A stretch of DNA of 36,396 nucleotides, taken from NCBI GenBank assembly GCA_028289045.1, contig JAQGHB010000051.1, positions 1 through 36,396 on the forward strand, read 5' to 3'. This document shows positions 10,501-19,721 of the stretch, in pieces. The stretch's first letter is position 1. Every line of letters begins with the position of its first letter. The position numbers and the translations under genes were made by a program. The notes beneath the pieces are model-generated. The model saw only the letters and a list, made by a program, of their open reading frames with translations, did no database searches and was not told the origin of the DNA. Source of the DNA: Candidatus Saccharimonadota bacterium. GTDB lineage: Bacteria > Patescibacteriota > Saccharimonadia > Saccharimonadales > UBA4665.

Positions 10501-11435
10501 CGAATCTCGCCGCCTATGCCTGTGGCGGCACCTGGAATTGGCGCAATGGCAGTCGGATGGTTGTGAGTTTCTACTTTTATGACAGAGTGGATTGGCTCCT
10601 GGTGGTAGCTGTAGCTGTGATCACTGGGACTCGCGAAAAAGCGTCCGGCGGAAGCTCCACGTAGCACAGCGGCATTATCCGAATATGCCGAAAGCACGTC
10701 ATCATGACCCTGCTCGTAGGTATTTTTGATCATTTTAAACAGACTTTTGGGCTGCTTTTTGCCGTCGACCACCCAATCAGCATTAAAAATTTTGTGGCGA
10801 CAATGCTCACTGTTTACCTGTGCAAACATCATGAGTTCTACATCGGTAGGATTGCGGCCTAAATCCTGGTAGGCCCGCACGAGGTAATTGATTTCGTCTG
10901 GTGCAAGCGCAAAACCGTGGGATACATTGGCGACTAGCAAAGCTTTCTTGCCGCCGCCCAGGATATCAATAGTCTGCAATTGACTCGGTGCTTCATCAAC
11001 AAATAATACGGCGGCCTCTTCGATGCTCGCTAGGACACTCTCGGTCATGCGGTCATGCAGCGCTGCCCCCAGGGCTGAGCGATTGCTGGCCCTGCCCCCA
11101 ACAAAGTAGTAGGCCGTTGCTCGCTCAATCCGTTTAATGTCTGTCAGTCCAGAGTTGTGCGCGATATCAGTTGCCTTGGTAGACCACGGAGAGATCGTAC
11201 CGGGCCGCGGAATAACCAAAAAAAGCTCTCCAGGCGGAGTATCGGAAACTTCTTGGCCATAGGTTAATAGATCACGTAAACGGTCGTCTTCGGTTTTAGA
11301 AAGCGGTCCTGCATCAACCAGATGCGTATATACGGCTTGCACATCAGTGATGTCTGCGTCGATCAACTGCAGTTTCTGAAGCAGTTTCTGCTTGCGGAAA
11401 TCTGATAAAGCCGAAGTCCACGGATAGATTAGCAC
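7584..11435 (-). CDS. purL: phosphoribosylformylglycinamidine (FGAM) synthase, large single-chain type
   Basis: 1283 aa. N-terminal [11 protein letters not shown] as in E. coli PurL, duplicated PurM-like ATP-binding cores, C-terminal triad amidotransferase ([15 protein letters not shown]). The GTG start shares one nt with the purM stop (TAGTG). Confidence 0.95.
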   Translation of the reverse strand: MLIYPWTSALSDFRKQKLLQKLQLIDADITDVQAVYTHLVDAGPLSKTEDDRLRDLLTYGQEVSDTPPGELFLVIPRPGTISPWSTKATDIAHNSGLTDIKRIERATAYYFVGGRASNRSALGAALHDRMTESVLASIEEAAVLFVDEAPSQLQTIDILGGGKKALLVANVSHGFALAPDEINYLVRAYQDLGRNPTDVELMMFAQVNSEHCRHKIFNADWVVDGKKQPKSLFKMIKNTYEQGHDDVLSAYSDNAAVLRGASAGRFFASPSDHSYSYHQEPIHSVIKVETHNHPTAIAPIPGAATGIGGEIRDEAATGRGGKTKMGLSGFSVSNLNLPDAAQPWEQPYGKPDRIVSALDIMLDGPIGGAAYANEFGRPNLGGYFRTFEEQSGDERWGYHKPIMIAGGVGNIRDMHVEKNQLTDGAQLIVLGGPSMLIGLGGSAASSMQSGSSAADLDFASVQRANAEMERRCQEVIDACWALGDDNPIITIHDIGAGGLSNGLPELVHDSGLGASFELRNVPSAESKLSPMEIWCNESQERYVLGISKENLELFKQLCERERCPFAVVGQATKKEQLVLNDALFKNKPIDLPMSVLFGKPPKMTRTFTPTETTLPALSTEGIMLDDAIKRVMQLPAVGSKKFLITIGDRTVGGLVARDQMIGPWQVPVSDVAVTAAAFDTSTGEAMAMGERTPLAVIDAAASARIAIGEALTNIAAADIGKLSDIKLSANWMAAAGYGDQDEKLFQAVKTVGEEFCPALGLTIPVGKDSLSMRTAWQEDGADKSVTSPLSLIITAFSPVVEVEKTLTPQLVTDQETSLILIDLGHRKNRLGGSALAQVYNQIGNESPDVDPKTLQAFFANLQTLKKQGKVLAYHDRSDGGLLATISEMAFAARCGLDIDITKLVGTPLESLLSEELGAVIQVKKADEAAVLELLGEHTYAIGSPSSTNDIVVTHTEGVYTVGRAQLEQWWGNTSYQIQKLRDNPQTAQQEYAAISDDKDSGLSPVVTFKILDKQYTSKPKVAIFREQGVNGQIEMAAAFDRAGFTAVDVHLNDLVAGPASLDDFVGLAVCGGFSYGDVLGAGEGWAKSILFNDTLRTAFGDFFARTDTFSLGVCNGCQMLAALKELIPGAENWPTFQKNTSEQFEARVSMVQINESPSIMLTGMAGSFLPVPVAHGEGRANFQSDEQTRAVLKNNLVAAQYIDNNHKITEAYPANPNGSPLGITSLTTPDGRATILMPHPERSWMTRQLSWHPVDWDEHSPWFRIFQNARVWVDSQIENNTSK

Positions 11436-12532
11436 TAGCGGACCTCTAAGGTGTCACCGGCAAAGGTGATATTCTTCGGCTCTATAATTACCTGTTTGGG
11501 ACCGGCTTCAACGGTTCCAGCAATCCAGGCCTGCAGGCCGCAACTCTTCGCGACCTGCACTGCATGTTCAGCCTGATTTGCCGGCAGGTAGACAGCATAG
11601 CCAGCGCCCATATTGTAGTTACCGTACATTTCTCGTTCGTCATTTTGGGCTTGTTCGGCTATGAAGTCAAAAATAGGTGCCACTGGAGTTATTTCCGTCA
11701 TGCGATATGTGAAATCAACTTCGGCCCGCATGATTTTACGCCACCCATGACCGGTGATATTCGAGAGATAGTGGATGTTAAGTTCGGCTACCTGCAAGGC
11801 TTGCACCAGCTCGGCATACAAATGCGATGCTGCCAACGCTGCCTCACCAAACGAGGTTCCGTCACTCAATTCTGTGGCGTAGCCTTCCGGTAGCCGTGCT
11901 GCAAGTTCGCGGATCAGGCTAATGCCATTGGCGTGCACGCCGTTAGACTCAACTAGAACAATGGCGTCACCGGCCTGCAGGTTTTTGCCCTGCACCAGAT
12001 GTTCTTCGTCAGTAATAATACCAAATGCAGAACCGGCGAATTCTAGCGCACCAGGTACCACGACACCTGATAGGGCTTGCGTTTCGCCACCGCCCCACAC
12101 CACGCCTGCCTTATCGCATGCCGCTCGCCAGCCTTTTATGAAGCCTTCGGCCAGCGCTTTGTCGGTTAGCCACTCATATGAGCTAGCTGACCAATAGGCA
12201 TTAAGTACGACCGGTGTCGCGCCTACGCTGACGAGATCATTAATAATGCAGGCCACGGTGTCCTGCGCAATGCCGGCGAACAATGATTTACCAGTCGATT
12301 CATACATACTTTGGGCGATCAGGCTTTTGGTGCCCAGGCCTTCCTGGACAAAAGCACCCCATTTGTCGCTCATCGAGAACATATAGGCTGATTCGCCGCG
12401 CGTGCCCTCAACCTCAGCAAAGCCAGCTGGCATATTGCCCTTAGTCGCTAGCCCTTCTTGCTGGGCGAGCACTTTCATAGGATCGGCCTGGTCATAGTTA
12501 ACGGATTGATGGTAGTCTAATTTTTGAGTCAT
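11435..12532 (-). CDS. purM: phosphoribosylformylglycinamidine cyclo-ligase (AIR synthetase), divergent
   Basis: PurM-family blocks: [60 protein letters not shown]. Its ATG overlaps the upstream stop (ATGA). Confidence 0.8.
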   Translation of the reverse strand: MTQKLDYHQSVNYDQADPMKVLAQQEGLATKGNMPAGFAEVEGTRGESAYMFSMSDKWGAFVQEGLGTKSLIAQSMYESTGKSLFAGIAQDTVACIINDLVSVGATPVVLNAYWSASSYEWLTDKALAEGFIKGWRAACDKAGVVWGGGETQALSGVVVPGALEFAGSAFGIITDEEHLVQGKNLQAGDAIVLVESNGVHANGISLIRELAARLPEGYATELSDGTSFGEAALAASHLYAELVQALQVAELNIHYLSNITGHGWRKIMRAEVDFTYRMTEITPVAPIFDFIAEQAQNDEREMYGNYNMGAGYAVYLPANQAEHAVQVAKSCGLQAWIAGTVEAGPKQVIIEPKNITFAGDTLEVR

Positions 12533-13080
12533 ACGGGCTGCTCCTGTTTTAGGTGATTGAGTACAAAAGTAACACGTTCATCAAGGCTTGCCGCCGGTAC
12601 AGTAATGGGTTCCATGCCGAATTCACGGTAACTGTCACGCAGTAATTGCTGGATGTTATCTATGAAACTCTGATCTTCAGTGCGCGCATAATCTTGCTGA
12701 TATTTTGGTAGTGGCTCGAGTAAAAAGATTTTTCTGTAGCGAGATGTTTCCATAAGCTGATGCACCCAATCTTCAATGGTGTAGCCGTAGTGTCGCATAT
12801 AGGCGAGCGTATCGTGCATGCCGCGGTCAAAAAATGTCAGCTGCTCGGCGGGAATTTTGGCTTCCGTGTCGCGTTTCATTTCCGCTACCTTTTCCTGAAA
12901 TGCCTTTTCATCGGCTCGCAGCTCCTGCACGCTGATTCCTTCGGCCAGCGACCGGTCGATCAGTGTGCGGGCCGCCTCTGGAAAAACCGGGTGACCTAAT
13001 TTTTCGAGCTCAGTCAAAAGCGCGCTCTTACCTGTCGATGGTCCGCCCGTAACCACATACCAATTATTTTGATTAGGCAC
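12529..13080 (-). CDS. small P-loop ATPase/kinase-like protein (AAA_28 / COG3911-like)
   Basis: Walker A GGPSTGKS, Walker-B-like IFLLEP, FFDRG..D.LAY block. GTG start overlaps the upstream gene by 8 nt. Substrate unknown. Confidence 0.65.
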   Translation of the reverse strand: MPNQNNWYVVTGGPSTGKSALLTELEKLGHPVFPEAARTLIDRSLAEGISVQELRADEKAFQEKVAEMKRDTEAKIPAEQLTFFDRGMHDTLAYMRHYGYTIEDWVHQLMETSRYRKIFLLEPLPKYQQDYARTEDQSFIDNIQQLLRDSYREFGMEPITVPAASLDERVTFVLNHLKQEQPV

Positions 13081-13891
13081 TGGCTACCTCTTCGTAAAGA
13101 TGTGGTACTAGCAATTTGCCGACTGCTTGCCAGCCAGGTACGGGATCTTCAGGATCAATCTTAACAAATTCTATGCCGGCGTTATCGGCTAGGCGGCTAT
13201 CTTTGTAATGACCGTCATCACCAACGCCGACGATGTAATTGCGCGAGAACGTAAGTGTCTCATGGCTGACGGGGAGCTCAAGATGCTTTAACCAACGGTG
13301 CTGCAAGAGGTCGATGATCAGGCGACCAGGTTTAACGCATAACTCGGTCGGTAAGTGCGTGAGTAAGGGCCGCATGTCATCGTCTGTGACCATGATGTCC
13401 GGCCGAGCTACTTCTTGTACATCACAGAAGCGTTCTATAAGAGGTTGATGCCCTGAGGAGGTCACGCCAGTTGTAATATTGGGCTGTTCAGATACTGCGT
13501 TCCAGGTATTCACAAAACCCGCCACCGGACGCGGCCAACGCCCTCCGTCAGGCAGAAGTTCTCCGACTTGAGACGATAGTACCTCAAGTTTTGCTTCTAC
13601 AAGATCTTCGCTGCGTTGCTGGACAGTAATATCATCAGCCGTAACTGGCAGTAGTTGAGCCGTGACTTCGACGGGTGAGCGATTTAGTAAGCCACCTTGA
13701 GTTCGGTAGATTTCAAGGGCGTTATAACCAAGTACCTTTTGTACAGCGTGTTCATACGCGAGTGCTACTGTCATACCATTTGGTGCCGGCTCGGACGTAA
13801 CAGCCATCGTTTCGTCAAAATCAGACGCCAACAAACGCTCTATGCTATGTTCACCCGATAGAACCTGGTTACCATTTCCCTGTGCACCCAT
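13073..13891 (-). CDS. HAD-superfamily (subfamily IA-like) hydrolase/phosphatase
   Basis: HAD motif I DFDET, motif II TGVTSSG, motif III Lys (VKPGR), motif IV VGVGDDGHYKD followed by ADNAGIEFV. SD GGAGGG 5 nt upstream of the ATG. Confidence 0.6.
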   Translation of the reverse strand: MGAQGNGNQVLSGEHSIERLLASDFDETMAVTSEPAPNGMTVALAYEHAVQKVLGYNALEIYRTQGGLLNRSPVEVTAQLLPVTADDITVQQRSEDLVEAKLEVLSSQVGELLPDGGRWPRPVAGFVNTWNAVSEQPNITTGVTSSGHQPLIERFCDVQEVARPDIMVTDDDMRPLLTHLPTELCVKPGRLIIDLLQHRWLKHLELPVSHETLTFSRNYIVGVGDDGHYKDSRLADNAGIEFVKIDPEDPVPGWQAVGKLLVPHLYEEVASA

Positions 13892-13963
13892 TACGACCCT
13901 CCAGATGTTATAAAAAGTATGCGATACCTGACGGATAAATACAAGTTAAACCCGAGGAGGAGT

Positions 13964-14653
13964 TTAGGAGGCTTGGAGGCGTCTCACTGCATCATCAACA
14001 GCTGACCAGGCTATATCCTGAGGGAAACTTGTAATGTCAAAAGCTTGCAGGCGGGGCGGCTGATCATGGGGGAGCAGATTTATGATAGGTGCGGCTGGGT
14101 CAATATCTGCTTTATGTATAAGCGTGACAGTGCCATCATCAAATTCCGAAGAGTGTAACGATCCACGGGGCATTTCATAATAATCACCATTTAGTTGATT
14201 AGGACCGTACACCTGCTCACTTTCTAGTTCCAAGGACGCACGATAATCAGAGGGACGATCTTCGCACACAGTGTCGGTGCAAATTGTTTCTGTTGGTCTC
14301 CATGGCCCTTGCTCGTCAGTAATGGGTTCTTTCCAGAATTGATTAGCAATTCTACCAAGTAGTACACGACTGCGCATGTAGGAATTATGGTTATGCGGTG
14401 CTTCATCTCGGTCCAGAAGATCTCTAGACCATACATGGAGTGAGTGGCCTGGCTCCAGCCGCGTAGGCGTAAATTGTAATCTAAAAAAACCGAATCGATA
14501 GACCTTGACTGGTTCGCCTAAAGTTCGTGCATGTTCTACTGCTTCTGAGACATGACCAATTAACTCTTTTCGTGGAAGTCGGAGGTCTAGCTTGGAATAT
14601 GGATGCTCTCTCATAAGGTTAGGTATTTTAAAAGCATATACCAGGCCTGTCAA
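13964..14653 (-). CDS. hypothetical protein, cupin-like (His-rich motifs)
   Basis: PHNHNSYMRSRVLLG (HxH ... G) and YYEMPRGSLH (PxGxxH) resemble cupin motifs 1 and 2, without the usual Glu. The track start is a TTG 3 nt after the purE stop, and an alternative ATG lies at 14614. Function unknown. Confidence 0.5.
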   Translation of the reverse strand: MTGLVYAFKIPNLMREHPYSKLDLRLPRKELIGHVSEAVEHARTLGEPVKVYRFGFFRLQFTPTRLEPGHSLHVWSRDLLDRDEAPHNHNSYMRSRVLLGRIANQFWKEPITDEQGPWRPTETICTDTVCEDRPSDYRASLELESEQVYGPNQLNGDYYEMPRGSLHSSEFDDGTVTLIHKADIDPAAPIINLLPHDQPPRLQAFDITSFPQDIAWSAVDDAVRRLQAS

Positions 14654-14656
14654 TGA

Positions 14657-15172
14657 CTATTTGCTGGCGAGATGGGCTTTCCAGCCGTTTTCGGTGAGTT
14701 TTTTGTCGGTCTCCAATACTGAATCATGCAGGTTCTGTTTGTACTGGTCGTATTTAACAGCTAACTGCTCGTCGAGAAGGCTAAGGATTTCAATGGCCAT
14801 TAAGCCAGCATTTTTGGCTCCGTTTTCGGGTAGTGTAGCTAGTGGGATGCCAGGAGGCATTTTGATGCTTGACCATAGGGCCTCGTGGTCGTGATTGTCG
14901 CGTTTTACAGGTACGGCTATGACTGGCAGCGGCGTGTGCGAGGCCGTCATGCCTGGTAAATGCGCCGAGCCGCCGGCACCGGCAATAATAACTTTCAGGC
15001 CGCGCCCTTTGGCTTCTGCGGCATACGTCATCATTTCCTCGGGAGTGCGGTGGGCAGAGATAACTCGTACCTCATACTCTACGCCAAAATCATCTAAGAC
15101 GGCGGCCGCGCCGCTCATGATGTCGAGGTCTGAATCTGATCCCATAATAATGCCGATAAGTGGTGTTGCCAT
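14657..15172 (-). CDS. purE: N5-carboxyaminoimidazole ribonucleotide mutase (class I PurE)
   Basis: IIMGSDSDL and the class-I signature AGGSAHLPGM. SD AGGAGA upstream. Follows purK by 8 nt. Confidence 0.95.
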   Translation of the reverse strand: MATPLIGIIMGSDSDLDIMSGAAAVLDDFGVEYEVRVISAHRTPEEMMTYAAEAKGRGLKVIIAGAGGSAHLPGMTASHTPLPVIAVPVKRDNHDHEALWSSIKMPPGIPLATLPENGAKNAGLMAIEILSLLDEQLAVKYDQYKQNLHDSVLETDKKLTENGWKAHLASK

Positions 15173-15180
15173 ATATTCTC

Positions 15181-16314
15181 CTAAATACTTAATTGTTTAC
15201 GTGCCTTGCGAGCTCTGGCTCGCGCTTCTTTCACGGTCTTGCCAGTGGCGGTGATGTGCCCCATCTTGCGGTCTACTTTTGTCGGCGATTTACCGTACAA
15301 ATGGACGCTGGTTCGGGGGTTTGCCAGCGCCTTGTCGAGACCTTTGATTTTAGTCATGTCATTGCGCTCGCCTAAAATGTTGATCATGACGGCGGCCGGT
15401 ACCGACAGTGTTGTGTCACCGAGCGGTAGACCGGTGATGGCCCGAACATGCTGTTCGAACTGCGAGGTATGGTTGGCTTCAATGGTATGGTGACCGGAGT
15501 TATGTACCCGCGGCGCGATTTCGTTGATCAGGATGTCGCCTTCTTTGGTTAAGAATAGCTCAACACCGAACATGCCCGCTCCATGGAGCATGCTCACTGC
15601 TTGCAAGGCTACGTTGGTTGCTTCTGTGGTCTGTGTCTTGCTAATTGGTGCCGGCGCTAGAACCTCGACACAAATGTTCCGCTCATGGATAGTTTCCACA
15701 ACCGGATAAGCAGCCACATCGCCATCTACTGTACGGGCTACCATAACAGCGAGCTCCTTGCTGAACGGTATGAGCTTTTCGGCGTAGAGCTGCTTGCCTG
15801 CAAATAGCTTGAAAGCCTTTTTGATCTGGGCGGCGTCTTCGACGACCATATTGCCGCGGCCATCGTATGCGCCGTGACGGGTCTTGATGAGCATCTTGCC
15901 CTCAAATGCTTTGAGGGCATCGTTGGCCGCACGCTCATCTGGTATCTCCACAAATGGCGCGACGGGGATGCCAGCTTCTTCAAAAAACTTTTTTTGAAGA
16001 TATTTATCTTGAATCAAACGAATGGTACTAGGCGCGGGATTGACTGGCTTGCCCAAGGCCACCAGCTCGTCGAGAATATCAGCATCAAGATGCTCAATTT
16101 CGATAGTGAGCCAGTCAGATTTCTCGGCTAACTGCTTCAAAGCAGTCCGATCATACAGATCTGCAACAATTTGCTTGGCGCCAACCTGGGCTGCCGGACT
16201 ATCTTCGCCAGGGTCGACTACTATGACTTTAAAACCAAGGGGTAAGGCGGCCAGCGTCAGCATGCGCCCCAGCTGTCCGCCACCGATAATGCCGATTGTT
16301 TGGCTCCCATGCAT
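15181..16314 (-). CDS. purK: N5-carboxyaminoimidazole ribonucleotide synthase (ATP-grasp)
   Basis: [12 protein letters not shown] dinucleotide-type N-terminus and an ATP-grasp core. I chose the ATG at 16314 ([13 protein letters not shown]). The 42 extra N-terminal residues in the track ORF overlap the purC promoter/start region and have no PurK counterpart. Confidence 0.9.
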   Translation of the reverse strand: MHGSQTIGIIGGGQLGRMLTLAALPLGFKVIVVDPGEDSPAAQVGAKQIVADLYDRTALKQLAEKSDWLTIEIEHLDADILDELVALGKPVNPAPSTIRLIQDKYLQKKFFEEAGIPVAPFVEIPDERAANDALKAFEGKMLIKTRHGAYDGRGNMVVEDAAQIKKAFKLFAGKQLYAEKLIPFSKELAVMVARTVDGDVAAYPVVETIHERNICVEVLAPAPISKTQTTEATNVALQAVSMLHGAGMFGVELFLTKEGDILINEIAPRVHNSGHHTIEANHTSQFEQHVRAITGLPLGDTTLSVPAAVMINILGERNDMTKIKGLDKALANPRTSVHLYGKSPTKVDRKMGHITATGKTVKEARARARKARKQLSI

Positions 16315-16369
16315 GCCCTTAATATACATGAAACTTGCACTTTTTGGTGCTGTCGCTAACAATAGAGGC

Positions 16370-17332
16370 ATGCAGGATGCCCAGGCTATTACTACCACCG
16401 ACTTTAACTTCCCTGGACAGACAGCGCTGTACCACGGCAAAGTTCGCGATGTTTACAGCATCGGCGAGGACACAATGGTATCAGTGGCTACTGATCGTAT
16501 TTCGGCATTTGACGTTATTTTACCTCGACCGATTCCCTATAAAGGCCAAGTACTGAACCAGCTGGCTGCGCATTTCCTGGAGCAGACGGAGGATATTATA
16601 GACAATTGGCTGGTAGGCGTACCGGACCCAAATGTTAGCGTCGGACACCGCGCACAGCCTTTTAAAGTAGAAATGGTGATCCGCGGCAGCCTGGTCGGCT
16701 ATTCATGGAGGCAATATAAGGCCGGCGAGCGTGAGCTTTGCGGCGTCGCACTTCCCGAGCGCCTTGAAGAGTACGATCGTTTCCCCGTGCCCATTATCAC
16801 TCCTTCCACCAAAGCCGCTGAAGGCCACGATGAGGACATCTCGGCTAAGGACATTGTGGCGCAAGGGCTTGCCACCGCTGAAGAGTGGGAACAGCTCACG
16901 GCGTATACGCGCCAGCTCTTCGCTCGCGGTCAGGAAATGGCCGCCGCCCAAGGTCTGGTGCTGGCCGACACCAAGTACGAATTTGGCACGCTGGCCGGCA
17001 AAATCATTCTGATAGATGAAATCCACACCCCAGATTCTTCGCGCTATTTCTACAAGGATAGTTACGAAGCGTATATTGGCGGCCAAAAAGATACGGCGCC
17101 GAAACATCTTTCCAAAGAATTCGTGCGCGAATGGCTGCTAAAGAATAACTTTAGCGGTCAAACCGGTCAAACTATTCCAGAGATGACCGACGAGTTCGTG
17201 CAATCGGTCTCTGAACGCTATATAGAGCTGTATGAGCAATTGAGCGGGCATTCTTTTGAAAAAGCCGATATTTCGAATACCCTGCAGCGAATCGAAGCCA
17301 ATGTCACGACCTATCTGGAGCGGAACAAATAA
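16370..17332 (+). CDS. purC: phosphoribosylaminoimidazole-succinocarboxamide (SAICAR) synthase, long form
   Basis: [21 protein letters not shown] and ADTKYEFG blocks. I chose the ATG at 16370, preceded by AGAGG. The upstream 116 codons of the track ORF are antisense to purK. Confidence 0.9.
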   Translation: MQDAQAITTTDFNFPGQTALYHGKVRDVYSIGEDTMVSVATDRISAFDVILPRPIPYKGQVLNQLAAHFLEQTEDIIDNWLVGVPDPNVSVGHRAQPFKVEMVIRGSLVGYSWRQYKAGERELCGVALPERLEEYDRFPVPIITPSTKAAEGHDEDISAKDIVAQGLATAEEWEQLTAYTRQLFARGQEMAAAQGLVLADTKYEFGTLAGKIILIDEIHTPDSSRYFYKDSYEAYIGGQKDTAPKHLSKEFVREWLLKNNFSGQTGQTIPEMTDEFVQSVSERYIELYEQLSGHSFEKADISNTLQRIEANVTTYLERNK

Positions 17333-18730
17333 ATGAAGCCAATACAGCTGCCGACACCATCTGCCGTTACGAACTTTAGTGCCATCGACCCGCTCGATAG
17401 TCGTTACTACGATCCGGAAATTGCACGTTATCTATCCGAACAGAGCCGAATCGCCTATCAAGCGCATGTGGAAGCTGCGCTGGCTTTTACGCTAGCCGAT
17501 TTCAAGATCTGCAGTCCCGATATTGCTCGTAAAATCGAAGCCGCTACTACTAAAGTCACCGCCCGAGCAGTATACGAAGCCGAAAAAACCACCAAACACG
17601 ACATTAAGGCATTAGTGAACACGATTAAGAGTGAGCTAGATGAGGATGCTCAGCCCTATGTGCACTTTGGGGCGACATCATATGACATCGTTGCCACAGC
17701 AACTGCCTTGCAGCTGCGCACAGCTATTCAGCAATTAGTGTTGCCACGCCTAAAGAAGCTTGATGAGACTCTACTGACTTTGACAAAACGCTACGCTGAT
17801 ACCGTCCAAATTGGTCGTACTCACGGCCAACACGCGGTGCCAGTCACCTTTGGTTTTGCGATGGCCGAATACGCCAGCCGACTCACTGACAGCACGCTAG
17901 CGCTCAAGGATCTCAGCGACATGCTCACCGGCAAATTCTCTGGCGCTGTGGGTGCCTATAACGCCCTTAGTTTATTCGTCGATGACCCTATGAAGTTCGA
18001 GGAAACTGTTCTGGGTCATTTAGGTTTAAAGCCAGCAGCCTATTCTACCCAGATCATTCCAGCCGAAAATATTATTCGCTTAATAGATGAGCTGGCGATC
18101 ACCGCTGGCATCATGGCTAATCTATCGCATGATATGCGCCACTTGCAGCGTACGGAAATCGCTGAAGTCCGCGAAGCATTCGAAAAAGGCCAAACCGGCT
18201 CCTCGACTATGGCTCACAAGCGTAACCCCTGGAACTTCGAAAATGTCATTAGCATGTCCAAGCAAGTCACCGCCCAGATCGTCAACGCCAACCTGAACAT
18301 CAGTAGTGAGCACCAGCGCGACCTGACAGATTCTGCTTCAGCCCGTTTTTATGGCATCGTCCTGGCGAGCGTGGCCTCCATGGCCGAACGTCTAGACCGA
18401 ATCATGAACAAGCTCGAAGTCGACGAAGCTAGCATGCAGCGCAACCTCTACCTCACCGGTGGCGCTATTGCAGCCGAACCCCTGTACTTGCTGCTCGAGA
18501 AATACGGTCACACCACGGCCCACGAAAAATCAAAAGAAGTCGCCCACGCCGCTCTCGATGCCGGCATCAAACTCTACGAAGCCGCTGAAAAAGATAAAGA
18601 ACTTAAACCTTACTTCGAAAAGTTCACCAAGCGAGAATTACAGATACTAGAGAACCCCGAAAAATATTACACAGGTCTAGCTTCTGAAAAAGCGCTGACT
18701 GTATACGAGCGCTGCAGCAGCCAGCTATAG
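17333..18730 (+). CDS. purB: adenylosuccinate lyase
   Basis: Fumarate-lyase signature GSSTMAHKRNP. The ATG directly abuts the purC stop (TAAATG). Confidence 0.93.
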   Translation: MKPIQLPTPSAVTNFSAIDPLDSRYYDPEIARYLSEQSRIAYQAHVEAALAFTLADFKICSPDIARKIEAATTKVTARAVYEAEKTTKHDIKALVNTIKSELDEDAQPYVHFGATSYDIVATATALQLRTAIQQLVLPRLKKLDETLLTLTKRYADTVQIGRTHGQHAVPVTFGFAMAEYASRLTDSTLALKDLSDMLTGKFSGAVGAYNALSLFVDDPMKFEETVLGHLGLKPAAYSTQIIPAENIIRLIDELAITAGIMANLSHDMRHLQRTEIAEVREAFEKGQTGSSTMAHKRNPWNFENVISMSKQVTAQIVNANLNISSEHQRDLTDSASARFYGIVLASVASMAERLDRIMNKLEVDEASMQRNLYLTGGAIAAEPLYLLLEKYGHTTAHEKSKEVAHAALDAGIKLYEAAEKDKELKPYFEKFTKRELQILENPEKYYTGLASEKALTVYERCSSQL

Positions 18731-19429
18731 CCGCGAAAGTCGCTGATCGTTCAAATAATCTTGTATGTCGATAGGCAGCCAGACTTTTTCGGTGGTTTGA
18801 ACATTCTGAGACAAGTCTTCGGCTGTGTCGCCAGGCATTACCGGAACGGGATGAGAACGAAAAACACTGCCAGTATCATAATCAGCGGCAACTGCGTGAG
18901 TGGTTTGCGCGGAGTAGCTCAGCCCGTCCTCTAACACCTTCTCCTGAACATGGATGCCGTGATAGCCCTGGGTGTGCGGAAGCGGCCCTGGGTGTGTGTT
19001 AAGCATGCGGGCGTCAAAACTTGAAGTATGGGTCGACAGCGCGCCGTATTCTTCCAGTAATTCGCCGCGAACCTTTCTCATATAGCCTACCAGACCCACC
19101 AGCGCGGTGTTGCTTGCGGCTGCGACAGCGCATATGGCCTCGGACTCAGCCAGGGATTGTTCGCCACGCTGGCCAGCGCCAGTTGGATGAGTCTGGCCGC
19201 TAATATGTAGCTTTCGGATGCCAAGACCATATTGCTTATTCAGACGGTCAACACGATCAAAGACACCGGCGTCCTCGTTGTTGGAGATAACCTGGACGAC
19301 TTCTGCCTGTAAGATGCCGGTTTGGGTGGCGTGAATTACTGCTTCGGCGGTTGAGCCGCTGCCGGAAGCGAGGAGGGTAATGACGGGATAGTGACGTTCA
19401 CTCATAATTGATTGCATGTATGGTGACAC
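18725..19429 (-). CDS. purN: phosphoribosylglycinamide formyltransferase (PurN-like), divergent
   Basis: LLASGSGS nucleotide loop, NTHPGPLP (Asn/His catalytic pair) and a later Asp block (ADYDTG). The track start at 19429 is a GTG, and ATG alternatives lie at 19417 and 19405. Confidence 0.78.
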   Translation of the reverse strand: MSPYMQSIMSERHYPVITLLASGSGSTAEAVIHATQTGILQAEVVQVISNNEDAGVFDRVDRLNKQYGLGIRKLHISGQTHPTGAGQRGEQSLAESEAICAVAAASNTALVGLVGYMRKVRGELLEEYGALSTHTSSFDARMLNTHPGPLPHTQGYHGIHVQEKVLEDGLSYSAQTTHAVAADYDTGSVFRSHPVPVMPGDTAEDLSQNVQTTEKVWLPIDIQDYLNDQRLSRL

Positions 19430-19459
19430 AAACTCGCCGCCAGCTCAAGCATGAGCGGG

Positions 19460-19642
19460 TTATCGGCACTGCAGATCAGCCTTGCGGGTGTGCACCTGGC
19501 TCTGGGCCTCTGCAGCAAGAGTTACCGCCGGTGCCACTCCCAGTGCGCCAGCAGCGCAGGCCAACACTGTAGCAGCCTGGCGTCTTAGGCTAGCCGTTTC
19601 GGGCATATGAATAGAGTGTGAGGAAGGGCTGACCTCTGACAT
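19460..19642 (-). CDS. possible small secreted peptide (Tat/Sec-like signal); may instead be non-coding leader of purN
   Basis: 60-aa ORF with SLRRQAATVLACAAGALGVAPAVTLAAEA followed by a 14-aa tail. No SD at either ATG. It lies inside the roughly 240-nt GC-rich region between a promoter-like element and purN. Confidence 0.25.
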   Translation of the reverse strand: MSEVSPSSHSIHMPETASLRRQAATVLACAAGALGVAPAVTLAAEAQSQVHTRKADLQCR

Positions 19643-19673
19643 AGAGGATTTAGTGTTGACTCATTTAATGAAA

Positions 19674-19702
19674 TTTTAATCTTTAGGATTAAAAATTACA
19701 AG
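19674..19702 (-). promoter_or_regulatory. sigma70-like promoter (TTGTAA-17-TAAAAT) upstream of the purN leader
   Basis: Minus-strand hexamers TTGTAA (19702-19697) and TAAAAT (19679-19674) with a 17-nt spacer, in the AT-rich gap after the dockerin gene. Confidence 0.4.
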
Positions 19703-19721
19703 TAAAGCCGGTCAGAGAGGC

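Noticed and set aside
16022-16369. The 116-codon N-terminal extension of the track ORF containing purC
   Set aside because: It runs antisense through the purK N-terminus and has no similarity to SAICAR synthases. An ATG at 16370 preceded by AGAGG gives a canonical PurC N-terminus.
16315-16440. The 42-codon N-terminal extension of purK
   Set aside because: It would overlap the purC start and promoter and has no PurK counterpart. The [10 protein letters not shown] fold begins right after the ATG at 16314.
19430-19721. A ZTP (pfl), guanine/adenine or PRPP riboswitch upstream of purN
   Set aside because: I looked for the conserved CCGCCUGGGC and GACUGGCG-type segments of ZTP and for purine-riboswitch junction motifs. 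I found only loose resemblances (CUGGCGCA, CACCGGCGG). That is not enough to call, and it needs an Infernal scan.
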